A stretch of 64,000 nucleotides of DNA, taken from assembly GCF_016432865.1 (NCBI RefSeq), contig NC_067398.1, positions 117,428,001 to 117,492,000 on the forward strand, given 5' to 3'. The first letter of the stretch is position 1. Every line of letters begins with the position of its first letter. The translations under genes and the position numbers were made by a program. Positions 25,105 to 35,971 of this stretch are shown in pieces. The notes under the pieces are model-generated. The model searched no databases and was not told the DNA's origin. It saw nothing but the letters and a program-made list of their open reading frames with translations. The DNA is from Antechinus flavipes. Lineage: Eukaryota.

Positions 25105-26220
25105 CTGGAGGGGGTCGCTACGGTGCCCCAGCGTCTCCGCCGTCGCCTCCTCCTGGAGTCCTCCAGTGGCTCCGGGATCACTGGGAGAGGGGGAAGGAGA
25201 CTCCCCACCCCCTCGCTGCCTCTTCCTCGGCTTTGCCCCAATCCCAGGCTGGAGCGGGGGCGGGAGGAGAGCTTAAGAGCCCCCTCCCCACCCCCCACTT
25301 CCTCGGGTGACAGGGGGGGAGCGCCTGACACTCCCCCCCACCCCCGATGTCCTCTTGGGGATGTTCCGACGGCGAATGACAGGCCGGCAAGTGCCTCCCA
25401 GCCGACCTCCCCGGGCGCCCCGTGGGGCGACGGCGGCTGGGGCGGAGGGGCGGGTGACAGACCCGCGACCCCCACCCCCGCTCCGGCTTCCTCCTTCCCC
25501 CCTCTCTCCACCAGGGGGAGGCGGGAAAGGCTAGAGCTGACCCTGCCTGCCCGCCCCTCCCTCCCTCCTTCCCTCACCGGCTCCCTCCTGCTGCTGCTGC
25601 GGCTGCTTCCCCCGGCCTGCTAGGCTTCTCACAACCTTCTTCCGTTCCCTTCTTCCCTTCTCTTCCCTTCCCTGAGCTCGCCGGCCTGTCTGACCCTCGG
25701 TGGCTGATCCTCTATTAGTCCTCTCAGTCTGTCTCTCTCCCTGTCTCTCTCCCTCTCTCGCTTCCCCCCAGTTCCAAGATGGTGGCCGGGCGGGAGCGCG
25801 CAGGCGCGGTAGGGGAATACCGGGCCAAAGAAGGCGGGTCCTGAAGGGAGGAGCCCCAAAGGAAACCTCCCTCCCGCACCCGCCGGCCTCGCCGCCACAG
25901 TAGGGCTCTCGCAACCTAACAGGCTTGAGGGCTCCTAGAGTGCGCGCGCGCGCTTCCGCCACGCGGACTCCGGATGGGAGGAGGTTGGAAGGGGGCGGAG
26001 CCCAGGGTGCCAATCCCCTCCCCCTCCTGTCCCCAAACCTCCAGCAGAAAGGGGAAGAGAAGATAGCAAGAGATAGGTCGCACGCGCTCACCCCGCCTCA
26101 AGTCCCAAGCCTGTTGCTAGGGGAAGCTTTGAGAGGGACGGCCTAAATAGAACCGAGACTGAGATTTACGCCTGCGCGGGAGGTATTGGGCGGGGTCAAG
26201 AGAACTGGCGTGCTAGAGGA
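25105..26220 (-). promoter_or_regulatory. TAOK2: TAOK2 non-coding exon 1 and CpG-island promoter
   Basis: Strong donor CAG|GTAAGA at 25105/25104 (minus). CpG-rich from 25030 to 26220. The exon 2 acceptor is at 22553, with 35 nt of UTR before the ATG. The TSS cannot be fixed from sequence alone. Confidence 0.75.
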
Positions 26221-26887
26221 AGAAAAGGCGGGAAAGTGGGCTACTCTGAAATTTGTAGAGCATCTGGACAAGGAAAGAATGCCAAAAAGGTGAAAAGAAT
26301 CAAAAATTCGAAAGTTGGTCTAATTTTTCCTCTTGTATTGCATATCAAGAAACTTGGGCTAGTGGGAGAGCTTGGACTAAATTTTCAGTTCCCTTCCCAT
26401 CCCTCAGGAAAAGCATTTTGTAAACCTTCAAGCATTCTATGACTATCTATGAACAAGCCCCAAAAGATCTGGGAGTAGCCCAAATTCTCCAGGTGGAGAA
26501 AAGCATGTCTGCACTTTCCAGACTAGCACCATACCTATTATACTCAGAAAAACATCTCCGACTCACAGAAGGGATAATAAATATTTTTAATGATCCTCAG
26601 TCTCCTCCCCCTTCCCCTCCCATCTGATCCAACTCAGGAGGCTGAGATATGCCTACAGAATGTGAATCACAGATCTAGAAAAAAGAAAAAGATTAGATTG
26701 TAACCTGCTTGAAAGCAAGAACTGTGTTTTGTTTTGCTTTAATATCCTGGGCACCTAGGTCACGGGATCTTCCATATAGCATAAGATAAGGTGACTGACT
26801 CCCAGAGGAAAAAAACAACATTGGGAAGGAAATTTGGGGAAATAAATACATAAGGCACATATATGATCAATAAAGGAGGGCTGGAAA

Positions 26888-27030
26888 GGAGCAACTAGTT
26901 GGCATAGTGGACAGAGCACCAGCCCTGAGGTCAGGAGAACCTGAGTTCAAATCTGTCTCAGACACTTAATACTTCCTAACTATGTGACCCTTAGCAAATC
27001 ACTTAACCCCAACTGCCTTAGCAAAAAAAT
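26888..27030 (+). mobile_element. Marsupial tRNA-derived CORE-SINE (MAR1/WSINE-like)
   Basis: A-box-like TGGCATAGTGG, B-box GAGTTCAAATC, CORE-like TGTGACCCTTAGCAAATCACTTAACC, A-rich tail. Subfamily not determinable by eye. Confidence 0.75.
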
Positions 27031-27357
27031 AATTTTAAATTAAAAAAAAGGGGGGAGCCTGGAAAGGGGCAGTTCCATTCAGGAACTGAAACAGACAAAT
27101 CCAAATCATGGAGTTAATTTGTCTACAGGATTCCTATTCTTGGGTCTCTTCTACTCTGTCTTTGTGCTTACCATCTGCAATGGCATACACAGAAAGCACT
27201 CAGTAAATGTCTGCTGAATGAACAAATCTCTAGTAGTAGAATTTCAGGCCCCCTAACCCTCATTCTTTCCCTACTGAGTTGAACAATATGAAGGGTCTAC
27301 CGAAAAGGGGGTAGAGGCTCTTACCTATAAGCAAAGTACAGTCTGAACCTTTTGAGT

Positions 27358-29354
27358 TTAGATATGGGCCCTCTGCCAAGATGTGTCCCAACGTGGATGG
27401 GTGCAGACTGCTGCGAAGCAGCATAGAAAGCCACAAAAGAAGAGAAGAAAGCAGCTGAAGTAGAGAAGCCTGGAGCCACACAAAACACGTTCCTCCTGAG
27501 GGTCAGTAGAACAGAGGAAGAAAGATGAGATTATTTCTCTTGCCAAAAGCTCTCCTAGACAGTCATGAATCAGGAGTTTAACGATGGGGGGAAGGGAGAA
27601 GAGAATGGGAGTGTTAAGGAAGAGGATAGGTAGTTGGGACAAGGGAAGTACGTCCTAAATCTCAGGAACAGACTAAGAAGAAATCATTCAGGAAACACAA
27701 ACAAGGAAGATTTACATATCATAGGGGTAGGAAAATGATAAAGAGAGCAAAAAGGTCTCATAATCTGGGGCTCTTACCATAGTAAGTAGCTGGGTGAGAA
27801 TAAGGCCCTCATGGCTCCAGACCTCATAACAATCTTCTGGCTTAGAACTTTCAACAACATATGGATTCACAATATCTCCCTCCCCTTCTTCTAAGCAGGA
27901 TGTGGGTGGTTGGCTAGAAGGCAGGATTCTGGGAGCTGCACTGAAAACCAGGCAAGTCCCAGAAGTTTTCTCTACTGGCACCAGGGTTGTGATCAATACT
28001 AGCTCCTCCGCAGAAGAGCCTGGGGAAGAAAGAGAGAGGGGAGAAAATGGGAACTCAGGAGAACACAATTTAGGAAGTTGGTAGAGTATTATTCTCTATA
28101 TATGCCAATGAAGATATTCTACATCATTCATATTCACCTAAATATAGCCAATTCAATTAAAAAACACACTACTTATTTAAAACTGGAAGGAACCTGGAAG
28201 ACCATACAACTCAATCCCCATTAACATGGTTCCTTTTCTTTTCTTCTTGGAATCATAATCATAGAATGTCAGAATTAGAAAAAACCTTACACATCATCTC
28301 TCATTTATATCAGTGGAAATGGAAGCATGAGAAATGAAGACTGTAGACTTGAAGAAATAAGGCTCAGAAAGGTTGTGATTGACTCAATATCACAGTGGTC
28401 TAGTGGCGAGCTGGGATGATTCTCACCTAACAAGTCTTCTCTTCCAACTTTATTAATAAACTTCCATCAAAATATAACTTGGGAAAATATTTTTATATCC
28501 ACTAAAGTATTCAGAACATAGTAGCTTCTCAAGCAACATCATGGTCAGTGAGGTATAATGGGAAAAAATGAGCAGTTGGATTACATGGTGACTAAGGACC
28601 TTTTGAGCTCTAGCATTCTATGATTATATGAAGAAAAGGAAAGGAACATAGTGCTACTGGGAAGAGGAGGTTTTTCTATTTCCTCATCTATAAATGAAGA
28701 TAATATTTGTCTGCCTTGAGGTTTCCTTCACAGGTTCCAAATGACAGGCAAGATAATGTATATAAAGAGACCCTGAAAGCTATATTCAAATGTAAGGGAT
28801 TGTTATTTCACATTATTGGGAGAGACAGGAAAATGTTTCTAAGAAACCATGGGAAAGGAAGACTTTCAGGTCATGCCTAACTCCTCTTATCATTTTCTTC
28901 TCTCACCACTTAGTCCCATTTGGTGACCATGGACAGTGGCCCGTAGTTGTTGAGTCCGGTTCTTCTTGATATCATCTCCTAAGTTTAAACTAGTCAGCAG
29001 TTTTACAGTATGATACTCAGGTCCCGGTGGTTTCCCTGCAGCTGTCCTATTCCAAGGGCAGAGAGTCAGCTGACCCAGAGATCTCATGAAGGAGACCCAG
29101 TCCTATGTGCACAAAGGTGGTAAAGGGTTGTAAGATGAAAGTGACAGTTAAAACAGATCTGCAGAAATAATGAGAGGGAGTAATCTCACCTGAGGGATAT
29201 CAGGATTTCGAAGCCCATCACCATGATTAAGGATAAAACCACCAAGGCCTAGACCTGAAGCCCCAAGTAGCAACAATGCAAGTGCAGCACAAACCAAAGG
29301 TGGGCGGTGTGCCAGGCAGAGCTGCAGGTTCTCTCCTGCTTGCCAGCTGCCCAT
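27358..29354 (-). CDS. TMEM219: Transmembrane protein 219 (IGFBP-3 receptor), about 246 aa
   Basis: Exons (minus): 29190-29354, 28907-29102, 27778-28019, 27358-27495 (741 nt). Translation MGSWQAGENLQLCLAHRPPLVCAALALLLLGASGLGLGGF...LGQLTLCPWN...EERVLCGSRLL...CGFLCC. NAGNAG acceptor at 29391. The 3'UTR intron is probably 27086-27324 (AG|GTAAGA donor). Confidence 0.93.
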
Positions 29355-29892
29355 AGGGAGGTGAGGGGGGCGGGGGCTAATCCTCACTCTGCTGAGAACC
29401 TGTCAGTGGAAGAAAAATTCAATTAAACAAGTATGTGTTATGTATCTGTTATCTGCAAAGCATTTATTATGGCTGGAAACAACTCTCCCTTCAATCTTGT
29501 ATTATGTTGAAAGGTCATAGTACAAACATTTTCCTAGATAAGTAAGTACAAATTAATTTGAGGAGGGACAGAATTATCATAATAGGGTGGGGACAGAAGA
29601 GGAAGGGGATCAGCAAAAATATCCCTTAGAAGGGGACACCTGAATTTAAAAAACAGGAAACAGCTGATCAGAGATTCAGAGGAGGGTACAGGGTAAAGCA
29701 AATATATCAATATCTTTCTCCCCAAACTAATAGATAGGAAAACCAATTTTGCTAGAGGAAAGACCATTCACATTAGAATTAGGGAATTACCCATGCTTGC
29801 TCAATCCCTATCAATAAATAATTCCTGCAATTTAAATTACCTTAAAGGAAAAGGGGGTGGAGGGAGGGTGGAGAGAAGAGAAAAACAAAAGA

Positions 29893-30050
29893 NNNNNNNN
29901 NNNNNNNNNNNNNNNNNNNNNNNNNNNNNNNNNNNNNNNNNNNNNNNNNNNNNNNNNNNNNNNNNNNNNNNNNNNNNNNNNNNNNNNNNNNNNNNNNNNN
30001 NNNNNNNNNNNNNNNNNNNNNNNNNNNNNNNNNNNNNNNNNNNNNNNNNN
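29893..30050. other. Assembly gap (158 N)
   Basis: Run of N flanked by purine-rich low-complexity sequence. Confidence 1.
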
Positions 30051-30420
30051 AGGGAGGGTGGGGGAAGGAAGGGAGAGAGACAAAGGGAGGGAGGAAAAAG
30101 GGGGAGGGGGAAAGAGCAGGGGAAGGGGGAAGAGAGAGAAGGAGGGAGGGAAGGAAGGAAGGAGGGAGGGAGGGGAGAGAAGAGGAGGAGGGAGGGAGGG
30201 AGGGAGGGAGGGAGAGAGAAAAGGGAGGGAGGAAAAAGGGGGAGGGGGAAAGGGCAGGGAGAAGGGGAAGAGAGAGAAGGAGGAAGGGAAGGAAGGAGGG
30301 AGGGAGGGAGAGAGAAAGGGGAGGCAAGGAGGAGAAGGGGAGATGGAGGAACTGATGGAGGGAGGTAGAGTGTGTGTGTGTGTGTGTGTGTATGTGTGTG
30401 TGTGTGTTTATGTTTATGTT
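30051..30420. repeat. Polypurine (GGA/GA) low-complexity tract followed by a (TG)n microsatellite
   Basis: About 310 bp almost entirely G/A, with an internally duplicated block (about 30085-30180 and 30222-30310), then (TG)n at about 30370-30408. Confidence 0.9.
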
Positions 30421-31079
30421 TAAGTGGGCTGTAGGTCAAGAAGACTCGAAGGAACTAAGACTAATAATACAGATTGAAGGAAAAGGTCTCTAAGATGACA
30501 TTTCGAAAAATAGAAGGGTGAGGTGTGGGAGAGAAAAGAAAGGAATAAAATAACAATTCACATTATGGATACGTTCCATAACACTTCCTAGTTGACAATA
30601 TTGTGGGTGCAAGTAATAGTTATCCCCATATACAGGTGGGGAAAGTGAGAGTCAAGGGGAAGTGACTGGCTCCAAGATCATCCCAGCAGCACTACGCCAA
30701 AGGAGGACTAGAACGCAGACTTTGAATTTCCAGGTGATGGGCTCTTTTCAATATACTGGGATGCCAGTGTTGGGAGGATAGGGGGCCGTTGGGGCGGGGT
30801 AGAACTGTCCTAGGACTAAGCATCAAGAGGGGCGACTGGTTAGAGTGGAAAGGATTGATCCCAATACCCTCTTTCACACTTTAGCCTTGTAAATATAATC
30901 AGGTAGGGACCAATGGAACATCTGGACCAGGATGGGATTCAGCATCTGCGGCTACTTTCCTCTAAACCACGGTCCCTCTCAGGAAATTGATCTGCACTCA
31001 GAAAGGATCTCTTCCCCCAACTTCCTTTCCCCTTCTCCCATCCCTCCCAGCTCCCTCCAGGGCATAAGCTTGAGCCCCT

Positions 31080-31260
31080 AGCGCTCTCACCCTTTAAATG
31101 CTCAGATGAAGTCCAGAAGCCCACCTGACGTCACGCTAGGGACGAGGAAAAGGCGGACCACACATGCGCATTCGTTCCGTCCCCTAACCTTGACTGCCAA
31201 TCTAAATCAGCAAAAAAGTCCTAAACTGCCGATTTCCTCAGTTCCGGAAATTATGACTGG
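31080..31260 (-). promoter_or_regulatory. TMEM219: Probable TMEM219 non-coding exon 1 / promoter
   Basis: Small CpG cluster containing the CRE palindrome TGACGTCA at 31126-31133, NRF1-like ATGCGCAT and ETS TTCCGGAA near 31244. Donor CAG|GTGGGC at 31125/31124 (minus). Confidence 0.6.
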
Positions 31261-32047
31261 ATCAAACCATTTTAATATGTAATGCAGGGTAGAAAATAAA
31301 TTACTATCTTATTTTCCTTCCAAAAAAGGCTATTGTAATAGAGATGAACCCCTCATGTTCAACCCAAAATATCTCCTAAACTATAGATTATCTCTGGAAA
31401 TTAAAATACAGGAACTTTTATTTTGCATTTGTTTCAGGCATTAGATCAAAACTCCCCCCTCCTCTGGATCATACCATATCACACAATCTGGCCCCTCCTC
31501 GTGGTGAAGGATTCCCACGTGGTAAGTGGGTGGGATCTTCAATCCTCACTTCTGTGCTACTTTAGTATTTTGCATCTGATTCTTTAACCACTGCTCTCTT
31601 CTATGAAGTTATAATCTAGACCTAGGTAACAAATAACGTCTGCTTCTCTCGGTATGCAATACAAAGACTAATAATAACAATCATAACAGAAGGGGATTCC
31701 TGTTTCAATGACTTGTATATAGTTTACACATTTTTATATCCAAACCTATTCTAAGTAATTACTTGGATAAGATAGTGTACTAGAAACTGAAGATGCAAAA
31801 ACAAAATGCAAAACTTTTGCCTCCAAAGAGTTTGGAATTTTGGGGGGGTAGGGGCGGGGAGGGGGGGAGAGGAAGGAAGAAAAGGGAAAGACCATATCAA
31901 CCAATCATACTTTAAATATTAAGCACCTACTATGTGAAGAGAGATAGCATAGAAACAATTTTATATAAACGATTATTTGAGTATTTAAGCCCAGAAAGAC
32001 TAATGACTGGGCTATCAAAAAGAGTTCCAGTAAGAAGGGGCATATCT

Positions 32048-32519
32048 TTTTTTTTTTTTTAATTTATTAGAGCTTTTTATCTACAATAATCTTCTGGTCC
32101 TGCTCATTTCACTCAGTATCAGTTCATGTAAGTCTCTCCAGGCCTTTCAGAAATCATCCTGCTGGTCATTTGTTACAGAACAATAATATTCCATACTATT
32201 CATATACCACAATTTATTCACCCATTGTTCAATTGATGGACATCCACTCAGTTTCCAGTTTTTGGCCACTAAAGAGGGCTGCCACAAACATTTTTGTGCA
32301 TGTGGGTCCCTTTCCCTTCTTTAAGATCTTTTTGGGATATAAGCCCAGTAGTAACACTGCTGAATCAAAGGGTATGCACAGTTTGATAACTTTTTGAGCA
32401 TAGTTCCAAATAGTTCTCCAGAATGGCTGGATGTATTCACAATTCCACCAGCAATGTATCAGTGTCCCAGTTTTCCCATATCTCCTCTAACATTCCGCAT
32501 TGTCTTTCCCTGTCATTCT
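32048..32519 (-). mobile_element. 5'-truncated L1 insertion with perfect 16-bp TSD
   Basis: Poly(T) at 32046-32060 and L1 ORF2 3'-end/3'UTR sequence. AAGAAGGGGCATATCT is duplicated at 32032-32047 and 32520-32535, a TPRT hallmark. Confidence 0.9.
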
Positions 32520-34565
32520 AAGAAGGGGCATATCTTAAAGGAAGCCTGAAGTATTAGGGAGCAGAGGTGAGGAGCAAGTGCATTCCAGCTCATTCAAAAG
32601 CTGGAGTTGGAGTAGGGGATGACTGGGATTACCAAGATCAGTGAACAGTGCTAAGGACAAACCAGCAACCCTGCAATCTAACAGCAGGCTTTGGACAGTT
32701 AAAAAAAATTATACGCACATACCTATTATATACATATATACATATACATATATATATGAAGAGAATTTTTTTTAAGAGAATTCTTGGGACTTCCAGCCAA
32801 GATGGCGGAAAGGACACACACATCTACTTATTCTGTATCTTTGCTCTCAGAATTTATCTCATGACAGAGCCTCGGAATTAGTGCTTGACTGAAAAAAAAA
32901 TCAAAACACAAATAATTACCAACAGAAGACATTCCTATTGCTGTCCTGCTAGTGCCTCACTGCTACCCCTGCAGTCTTCTGAGGAAGCTCATTAATACCA
33001 TCCAGTCCCACCCCTCCAAAAAAATGTTTTTTTCCTAGTTTGTTTTCTTTGATTTTTTTTTGGCAAAATGAGTGAAAAATTAAAATGAACTCTAACTATT
33101 CATAGCGTCTATATATAGAGAGAGCAGACTTTAAAACCTGAGGATACTAAAAACAGACTGTCTCCAGATGAATCCCCAAAAAGGTCCTCAACACACAGGA
33201 CTCTCATAAAATTAAAAAGGCTCTCACAAGAGAACTAGAAGAAAAATGGGAAAAGGAAAGAGAAGCTTGGCAGGAGAGTCTGGATAAGTCATCCCACTCA
33301 TTTAAAGATAGAGTGGATAAAGAAATCAAATCCTTGAAAAACAGAATTAGTGAATTGGAAAAAGAAAATAGCTCTCTAAAAAATAAAATTGGCAAAATGG
33401 GAAAAAAATTCCATAGAACAAAACAACTCACTTAAAAACTCAATTGGACAATTAGAAAAAGATATTAAAAAAGTGAGTGAAGAAAATAATTCATTGAAAA
33501 TCAGAATTGAACAAATGGAATTGAATGACTCAAGGAGACACCAAGAATCAGTCAAGCAAACCCCCTCCCCCCCCACCTCAAAAAAATTAAACAATGGGAA
33601 AAAATGTCAAATACCTTCTTGGGAAAACAACAGATCTGGAAAATAGATCTAGGAGAGACAGTCTGAGAATTATTGGACTCCCTGAAAAATATGATGAAAA
33701 AAAGATCCTGTACACTATTTTTCTAGGAAATTATCAAAGGGAACTGCCCAGATGTTATAAGAAGAGAAGTTAAAATAGACATTGAAAGAATTCATCGATC
33801 ACCTACTGAAAGGGACCCTAAAATCAAAACTCCAAGAAATATAGTGGCTAAATTCCAGAACTATCAAGCCAAGGAAAATATAGTACAAGCTGCTAGGAAA
33901 AATCAATTCAAATATAGAGGAGCCACAATAAGGATTACCCAAGATCTAGCAGCATCCACATTAAAGGATCAAAGGGCGTGGAATATGATATTCCAAAAGG
34001 CTAAGGAACTTGGTATGCAACCAAAAATAACTTACCCAGACAAAATGAGCATCTTTTTCCAGGGAAGAAGATGGCATTCAATGAAATAAGCGAATTTCAT
34101 CTATTTCTGATGAAAAACTGGAACTAAACAAAAAGTTTGATCTACAAATATAGAACTCAAGAGAAACCTAAAAAGGTAAAAAGAAATCTTGGAAACTATA
34201 TTTCTGCTATAAAGATATATAAAGAGCACATGTATAATTTGTTCTAGAAACTAGAGATGGAAAAGAAAATGTATTAGAAAAAGGGTAAAATGGGGGTACT
34301 ATATCTCACGAAGAGGCAAAGGAAACCTATTATATCTGAGAGAAAGAATAGAGGAGGGTGAACATAGTGTGTATCTTACTCTTATCAGAATTGGCTTAAA
34401 GAGAAAAATATTAGACATATTTGATTTATGGTGAAACTTCTTCCACCTCATTGAAAAGTGGGAGGGGAAAAGTTAAAAGGGAAGGAGTAAGCTAAGCTGA
34501 AGGGAATACAGAAATCGTGAAGAAAAGGGATAAGATAGGGGTAGGAACTCTAAGGTGGGGGGAGG

Positions 34566-34917
34566 TATGATGACCGCATTAGCAACCAATACCTTAGAAT
34601 CAGCCGGAGTCAGGATAAGCAAAAGTCCTTAGTCTTTGTTCTTGGTCTTTAGAGGTAGGATTGAATTAGATGGAAGCAGAATCATGGAGAGTCCATGACC
34701 TTCCTTCTCCCTCATCTACTGCCAAAGTGACTCTGGCTAGTCTTACTCTACCTCCTAGTCCCCCCTACAATTCTCTGTATACACCAATCATCAAACCAGC
34801 ACAGCATAGTTTTTCCCAAGCATATGCCTATAGAGTATTGTCCAATCTGTAGTTAGCCTTAAGTTCTCGGCTGTCCTGACCTCAGTGCATCGACTCAAGA
34901 ATTTCAAGCCCATTACA
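34566..34917 (-). mobile_element. ERV 3' LTR
   Basis: Homologous to 41150-41502. The terminal CA is mutated to TA and the poly(A) signal reads AACAAA (34635-34640). Confidence 0.95.
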
Positions 34918-34933
34918 TCTCCCACTTTCTTTT
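34918..34933 (-). promoter_or_regulatory. Polypurine tract
   Basis: AAAAGAAAGTGGGAGA immediately upstream of the 3' LTR TG. Confidence 0.9.
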
Positions 34934-35293
34934 GTTTTAGAACACAGGTGGTCACACCATCCCTGACTTCTCAGGGAGGTGAGAACCCCAAAAAGGAGGT
35001 GATAATGCCCCATCCTGACTTCTCAGGAAGGGAGATGAAAAGCACCAAAGGGAAGTGAAGATTGCTAGCGGGTTTCTGGGCTGAAGGGTCTTATTAGAAA
35101 CAGGTATGCACAAACTCATCAGCATGTGAGGCATTACACAAGCACATAGCAACAATGCACAGGCTATTAGTGGTGACTCTCCCCACAGCCAGTGCAGGCT
35201 CAACATGGTATAACAAACATGAATTGTAAATACAAGTAGTGGTATAACAAACGATATAAACCAACATGGTGTTGTAAAAGATTTCCAGAAGTC

Positions 35294-35971
35294 CTAGAAG
35301 GAGGGTATGTCAACAATAGTCACACATACGCCTTCTTCAGCAGCCAAGAGATAGTCCAAAATCAATCTATTGTCCATTGCTTCATATGTCAGGGAATCCA
35401 ATGAACCCCACAAGTTTTTGAAGTCCTGCAAAGTCTTTTTATGTGTTAGGGAATCCAATGATTCCAGCAGATTTTGAAGTCCTGAAACAGTCTTATCATG
35501 TCTCAGAGAATCCAAGGATTCCTGAGGGTTTTCAAGTCCTACAACAGTCTTATCATGTCTCAGAGAATTTAATGATTCCTGAGAGTTTTGAAGTCCTACA
35601 ACAATCTTATCATGTCTCAGAGAATCCAGGGATTCCTGAGGGTTTTCAAGTCCTACAACAGTCTTATCATGTCTCAGAGAATCCAATGATTCCTGAGGGT
35701 TTTCAAGTCCTACAATAGTCTTATCATGTTTCAGAGAATGCAATGATTCCTGAGGATTTTGAAGTGCTACAACAATCTTATTGTGTCTCAGAGAATGCAA
35801 TGATTCCTGAGGGTTTTGAAGTGCTACAAAAATCTTATTGTGTCTCAGAGAATCCAATGATTCCTGAGGTTTTTGAGGTCCTCCAACAATCTTATCATGT
35901 CTCAGAGAATCCAGTGATTCCTGAGAGTTTTCAAGTCCAATAATTTTTGATGTCCATGAGTCAAATGCCAT
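35294..35971 (-). CDS. Env-TM-derived tandem-repeat ORF, 225 aa (10 x 19 aa plus ISD-like motif)
   Basis: ATG in strong context (GTTATGG), with no stop over 225 codons. Repeat consensus LENPQESLDSLRHDKTVVG; ends SLDSLTYEAMDNRLILDYLLAAEEGVC, which resembles the gamma-type ISD (QNRLALDYLLAxEGGVC). Expression is unproven. Confidence 0.6.
   Translation of the reverse strand: MAFDSWTSKIIGLENSQESLDSLRHDKIVGGPQKPQESLDSLRHNKIFVALQNPQESLHSLRHNKIVVALQNPQESLHSLKHDKTIVGLENPQESLDSLRHDKTVVGLENPQESLDSLRHDKIVVGLQNSQESLNSLRHDKTVVGLENPQESLDSLRHDKTVSGLQNLLESLDSLTHKKTLQDFKNLWGSLDSLTYEAMDNRLILDYLLAAEEGVCVTIVDIPSF
35366..35935. repeat. 57-bp minisatellite, about 10 units, inside the provirus
   Basis: Plus-strand unit approximately AAGTCCTACAACAGTCTTATCATGTCTCAGAGAATCCAATGATTCCTGAGGGTTTTC. 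Eight units are close to consensus and two terminal units are divergent. Confidence 0.97.

Noticed and set aside
29793-30439. ORFs of 160-200 aa in TMEM219 intron 1
   Set aside because: They span an N gap and simple purine repeats, so they are artefacts.
35366-35935. 57-bp array with palindromic cores looks superficially like a CRISPR array
   Set aside because: There are no unique spacers (whole units repeat) and no cas genes, and the array lies inside a mammalian provirus.
35443-35943. Plus-strand repeat ORFs (91 aa, 66 aa) as an antisense retroviral gene
   Set aside because: They are split by stops, have no convincing start and show no motif. They are explained as the reverse frame of the repeat.
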